The position numbers and the translations under genes were made by a program. The notes below the pieces were generated by a model that saw nothing but the letters and a program-made list of their open reading frames with translations, was not told the DNA's origin and did no database searches. Below are positions 61,020-64,000 of a DNA stretch of 64,000 nucleotides, piece by piece. Every line of letters starts with the position of its first letter. The first letter of the stretch is position 1. The stretch comes from Squalus acanthias (taxonomy: Eukaryota), in the NCBI GenBank assembly GCA_030390025.1, contig CM059432.1, forward strand, positions 46,068,001-46,132,000. Reading direction: 5' to 3'.

Positions 61020-61801
61020 GAAGTTTGATTAAGAAGTTTGCAGATGATACAAAAATTGGCCATGTGTTTGATAGTGAGGAAGAAAGCTGTAGACTGAAGG
61101 AAGATATCAATGGACTGGTCAAGTCGGCAGAAAAGTGTCAAATTTAATTCAATCCAAAGAAGTGTGAGGTAATGCATTTAGTGAGGGCTAACAAGGCAAG
61201 GGAGTACACAATAAATGGTAGGATACTGAGAAGCATAGAGGAACATAGGGACTTTGGAGTGCATGTCCACAGATCCCTGAAGGTAGCAGGACAGGTAGAT
61301 AAGGTGGTTAAGAAGGCATACGGGATACTTTCCTTTATTAGCAGAGGCATGGGGCTGGATTTTGAATGACCCATGGAGTCGGGTTTGGAGGCGTGTGGGG
61401 GGTTAAATTTGCGGGGTCGGGGTATCCGACCCTATCCCGACTCCATCCCGCCTCCACGCAATTTTGACATAATCAGTCACGGGGTTCCCGATTCCGTCCT
61501 GCCTCCAAGAGGCGGGAGAGGCCATTAAAGCCCTTAACAAGCTCTAAATTGGCTCTGTAATGCCATTTTGAAACGCTGTAGCTAGTTTAACCCTCTTTTG
61601 ACGTGAAGCACGCCTGGTGTGAAACACTCCAGTGAAACCTGGCGGGAGCACAAGTGGATAGCTGACTATCGGCTGCAAGTCCACTATTACAACGGAGATG
61701 TGATGAAGGTATTAGTAGTAGTATTAGGTCTGAACATTGCCTCTGATGCTGCTGCATTGAATGTCTTCAGAGACTGCCTGGGAGGACTTACTTGGCAAAC
61801 A

Positions 61802-61836
<35 letters not shown>

Positions 61837-62725
61837 CTCCCCCCCCCCCCCCCCCAACCCCTCCACTCACATCAAAAGCCAGGCAGATCCTCTCTCACCA
61901 ACAGTCTCTGAGACTAGGCAGTCAGCAATGATGACATCATCAGAGGCGACTTTCAGACTGAAAACACTAATTAGTTCATGGGTTCCCACATGCTCCAACT
62001 CAATTGCCCAATTAAGTGAAAATTGCATCAGGCATCCACATTAATCTGGAGTCGGGGGGGTAACACGAAATGCGGATTACACGACCCCAACCCGACCCCA
62101 AGACAAAATCCAGCCCATAGAATATAAGAGCAGGGAGGTTATGCTTGAACTGTATAAAACATTAGTTAGGCCACAGCTAGAGTACTGCGTACAGTTCTGC
62201 TCACCACATTACAGGAAAGATGTGATTGCACTAGAGAGGGTACAGAGGAGATTTACAAGGATGTTGCCAGGACTGGAGAATTTTAGTTATGAGGAAAGAT
62301 TGGATAGGCTGGGGTTGTTTTCTTTGGAACAGAGGAGGCGGGGGGGAGACTTGATTGAGGTGTATTAAATTGTGAGGGGCCTAGATAGAGTGGATAGGAA
62401 GGGCCTATTTTCCTTAGCATAGAGGTCAATAACCAGGGGGCATAGATTTGAAGTAAATTGGTAGAGGATTACAGGGGAGTTGAGGAGAAAATTTTTCACC
62501 CAGAGGGTGGTGGGGGTCTGGAACGCACTACCTGAAAGGGTGGTAGAGGCAGAAACCCTCATCACATTTAAAAAGTACTCGGCTATGCACTTGGAGTGCT
62601 GTAACCTACAAGGCTACGGACCAAGAGCTGGAAAGTGGGATTAGGCTGGATAGCTCTTTTTTGGCCGGCATAGACACGATGGACCAAATGGTCTTCTTCT
62701 GTGCTGTAAATTTCTATGATTCTTT
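61020..62725 (+). mobile_element. CR1 3' portion split by a MITE
   Basis: KFADDTKIG...ISRG|IEYKSREVMLELYKTLVRPQLEYC, plus a CR1 tail. Confidence 0.93.
61352..62116. mobile_element. Harbinger-type MITE (TIR shared with 28645-29489)
   Basis: TIR gggctggattttg and TSD atg/ata. Contains (CT)n and poly-C at about 61805-61855. Confidence 0.88.
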
Positions 62726-63192
62726 GGATATCTTTCATTTTGATAACTTTATTTTTATGGGACATTTCAGTAAGTTCCCCCTTAATTTTGTATCTTATTC
62801 TCTTCTCTTTGTTCACTTCAGCTGACATCTGTAGCCAAGGGGACAGGCATATGGTCTGCTGCCAGTGCTGCCTTTAGCTTGCTGCCACAAAACACCAGAT
62901 ACTGTTTTTAGTGAAGCCCTTGAGCCTATACTTTACAGTCAGATATATCCCACACACTTTGTTGTGTTTCCCCTCTCAAAACAGGAATTCGCTTTTTGGT
63001 TTCCCTACATTAACATAAATACACAGAATTAACTACTTGAAATCTTTCAAAATATGCTAGCAGTAGCCTGCTTCATTTGCCAATTTTCTGCCTTTTTCTC
63101 TCCGCTCTCCTGAAGAAAGGTCTACCAGCACTTAACATCCTTCCGGTTCCTCACCCAATTAATAATTCTTCATCAGTGAACCTACACAGTAA

Positions 63193-63745
63193 GGTCTCAA
63201 TTTTAACCCCACTTGGCCAGCAAGATTGTTGCGTGGAAGGGGTTAAAATTAGACCGAGTAGACTTACTGGCCTGAAGTCACTCCGTTCCCACCCGATGCC
63301 ATTTTACCTTCATCGACTTTCAGGCTACAGGCCGGTAGGGGCCTACTTCACATTCAAAAGTTGTGGCCTGATGACGTAACTGGCGCTGCGACGTAATCTT
63401 AACCAAAAGTAGGAGAGTCCCGCACTGTCTGCGGCCTGGTAGCAGAACCATGGCGGGAAGTGTTGACTCACCAGAAGAGGCCAAGGTGAGCTTTAAAAAA
63501 CTACTTCTGGCAGAACCCCTTGTGGGCCAGGAGTAGCAGGCGTGTTCTCCCCAAGGCCCGTAAGGTGTTCTTGGGCCTCACCAGCCTCGGCCTCCCTTTG
63601 ATTGCAGGGGAATCCCCCCACCCCCGGATCCCAGACCCTTCCTCCCACTGACTGCCGGGTGTCGAGCGGGACTCTGGAAACTTTTATTTTAATGAGGCCC
63701 TGCCGTTAAGATCGGCAGGGCCTCGAAGTCCCCGGTCTTTAAAAT
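63193..63745. mobile_element. Non-autonomous MITE-like element
   Basis: Starts ggtctcaattttaa. Internal homology to 45415-46065. Confidence 0.55.
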
Positions 63746-64000
63746 TCTCATCCTTGTTTTCAAATCCCTTCATTGCCTCACTCCGCCCTATCTCTGTAAT
63801 CTCCTCCAGCCCCACAACCCTCCAAGATATCTGCACTTCTCCAATTCTGGCCTCTAGAGCATCCCTGATTTGAATCGCTCCACCATTGGTGGCAGTGCCT
63901 TCAGCTGCCAAGGCCCTAATTTCTGGAATTCCCTCCCTAAACCTTTCCGCCTCTCTACCTCTCTTTCCTTCTCTAAGACACTCTTTAAAACCTACCTCTT
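63738..64000 (+). mobile_element. L2 3' region, running off the window
   Basis: Aligns to 23352-23610 and 39400-39640. Confidence 0.88.

Noticed and set aside
1..64000. Prokaryotic systems (retron, DGR, group II intron, CRISPR) suggested by the many RT ORFs and palindromes
   Set aside because: All RT motifs are non-LTR LINE type in a vertebrate repeat context, and there is no repeat-spacer array or operon structure.

Overview
Eukaryotic, non-genic (intronic or intergenic) vertebrate DNA, almost certainly from a cartilaginous fish, given an HE1/V-type SINE, a Deu-domain SINE and elasmobranch-type CR1 tails. Most of the window is a deeply nested transposable-element landscape. It holds many CR1 LINE fragments, one with an uninterrupted RT frame, and a second CR1-clade LINE family. 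L2 3' ends and four tRNA-headed SINEs are also present. There are two near-complete decayed PIF/Harbinger transposons with convergent DDE nuclease and spliced Myb/SANT genes, several Myb-only or internally deleted derivatives, and many MITE-like elements with short TIRs and 3-bp TSDs. Three solo LTRs show TG..CA ends with 4-5 bp TSDs. The most notable hidden signal is a set of short Penelope-like terminal elements from two families that carry minimal type-I hammerhead ribozyme motifs. Two of them form fold-back palindromes (about 320-bp and 90-bp arms) with 10-17 bp target duplications. No host protein-coding gene can be identified; only weak candidate exons are noted. Family names come from motif recognition, not database searches, and boundaries without a TSD are approximate.
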